DNA from: Armatimonadota bacterium | Lineage (GTDB): Bacteria; Armatimonadota; UBA10988 | DNA length: 64,000 nt | Reading direction: 5' to 3' | NCBI GenBank assembly: GCA_016235455.1 | Contig: JACRKZ010000026.1 | Span: 1-64,000, forward strand | Part shown: piece after piece, positions 63,477 to 64,000 of the stretch | How the letters are laid out: each line of letters begins with the position of its first letter | How positions within the stretch are numbered: the stretch's first letter is position 1 | Notes under the pieces: model-generated | What the model saw: only the letters and a program-made list of their open reading frames with translations | What the model was told of the DNA's origin: nothing | The model's database searches: none | Translations under genes and position numbers: made by a program

Positions 63477-64000
63477 TATCGGTCACTACCGCGCGGATCG
63501 GTAACGTGAACCAGAAGGCCGTACCCTCGCCAGGCTGAGACTCGACACCGATTTCGCCGCCGTGGCGCTCAACAATGCGCTTGCACACGGCTAGTCCGAT
63601 ACCAGTGCCCGGGTACTGGCGTCGGGTGTGCAGCCGCTGGAAAATGACGAAGATGCGCTCGTGGTACTCGGGCTCGATGCCGATGCCGTTGTCGCTGACC
63701 GTGAACCGCCAGGCAGCGCCATCCTCGGTGGGCCGCGCGTTGATCTGGATCCGCGGCACGTCGTCGGCTCGGCGGAACTTGATGGCGTTGCCCACCAGGT
63801 TCTGGAACAACTGGGTCATCTGCAGCGCGTCGCACGGTACCACCGGCAGCTCGCCGACGACGAACTCCGCTGCGCTCTCGGCGATGGCCAGCGTCAGGTT
63901 CTCCAGCGCGTTGGCCAGCGGCGCCGCCATGGGCGTCGGCAGCATGGGCGCATTGCGACTGCTGACGCGTGAGTAGAGCAGCAGGTCCTGCACGAGGCGC
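63421..64000 (-). CDS. Sensor histidine kinase, C-terminal HATPase part (5' truncated by the window edge)
   Basis: QLFQNLVGNAIKF (N box), VSDNGIGI (G1), IFQRLH (F), GTGIGLA (G2). Confidence 0.93.
   Translation of the reverse strand, partial: RLVQDLLLYSRVSSRNAPMLPTPMAAPLANALENLTLAIAESAAEFVVGELPVVPCDALQMTQLFQNLVGNAIKFRRADDVPRIQINARPTEDGAAWRFTVSDNGIGIEPEYHERIFVIFQRLHTRRQYPGTGIGLAVCKRIVERHGGEIGVESQPGEGTAFWFTLPIRAVVTDNGDGQGRPGNEGHRDTTG

Overview
A high-GC (roughly 70% by eye) bacterial chromosomal segment with about 50 densely packed genes. The DUF1559/H-X9-DG pilin-like protein and the two DUF6785/DUF6784-type membrane proteins suggest an Armatimonadota-like organism (inference). About two thirds of the window is glycan-foraging and accessory content: a sulfatase, GH127, GH42, GH5-like and beta-helix enzymes, tandem BNR-4 proteins, an SGNH-CBM9 protein, and many secreted hypotheticals. 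The rest is housekeeping (ppk1, recO, deoC, trpCFBA, larA, plsC-like) plus a sigma factor and a two-component cluster. I found no rRNA, tRNA, CRISPR array, transposase or prophage. The best candidate for an undescribed system is an AraC-linked 'pilin-PUL' at 13.6-22.9 kb. Two matching 64-bp promoter elements (21-bp-periodic direct repeats overlapping a TGGAC -35, a 17-bp spacer and a CACnnT -10) precede an FAD oxidoreductase gene and a DUF1559 pilin / GH127 / GH-like operon, and the GH127 start codon is buried in a long hairpin. Other notable items are a secreted tandem peroxiredoxin with Ser at both peroxidatic-Cys positions, a recurring ultra-short signal peptide with no basic n-region, an orphan three-domain lysin, a uORF-containing leader on an orphan sigma factor, a decaying MNT-HEPN module, and divergent Ppk1 and DeoC. 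All family calls come from motif recognition by eye; no database searches were run.
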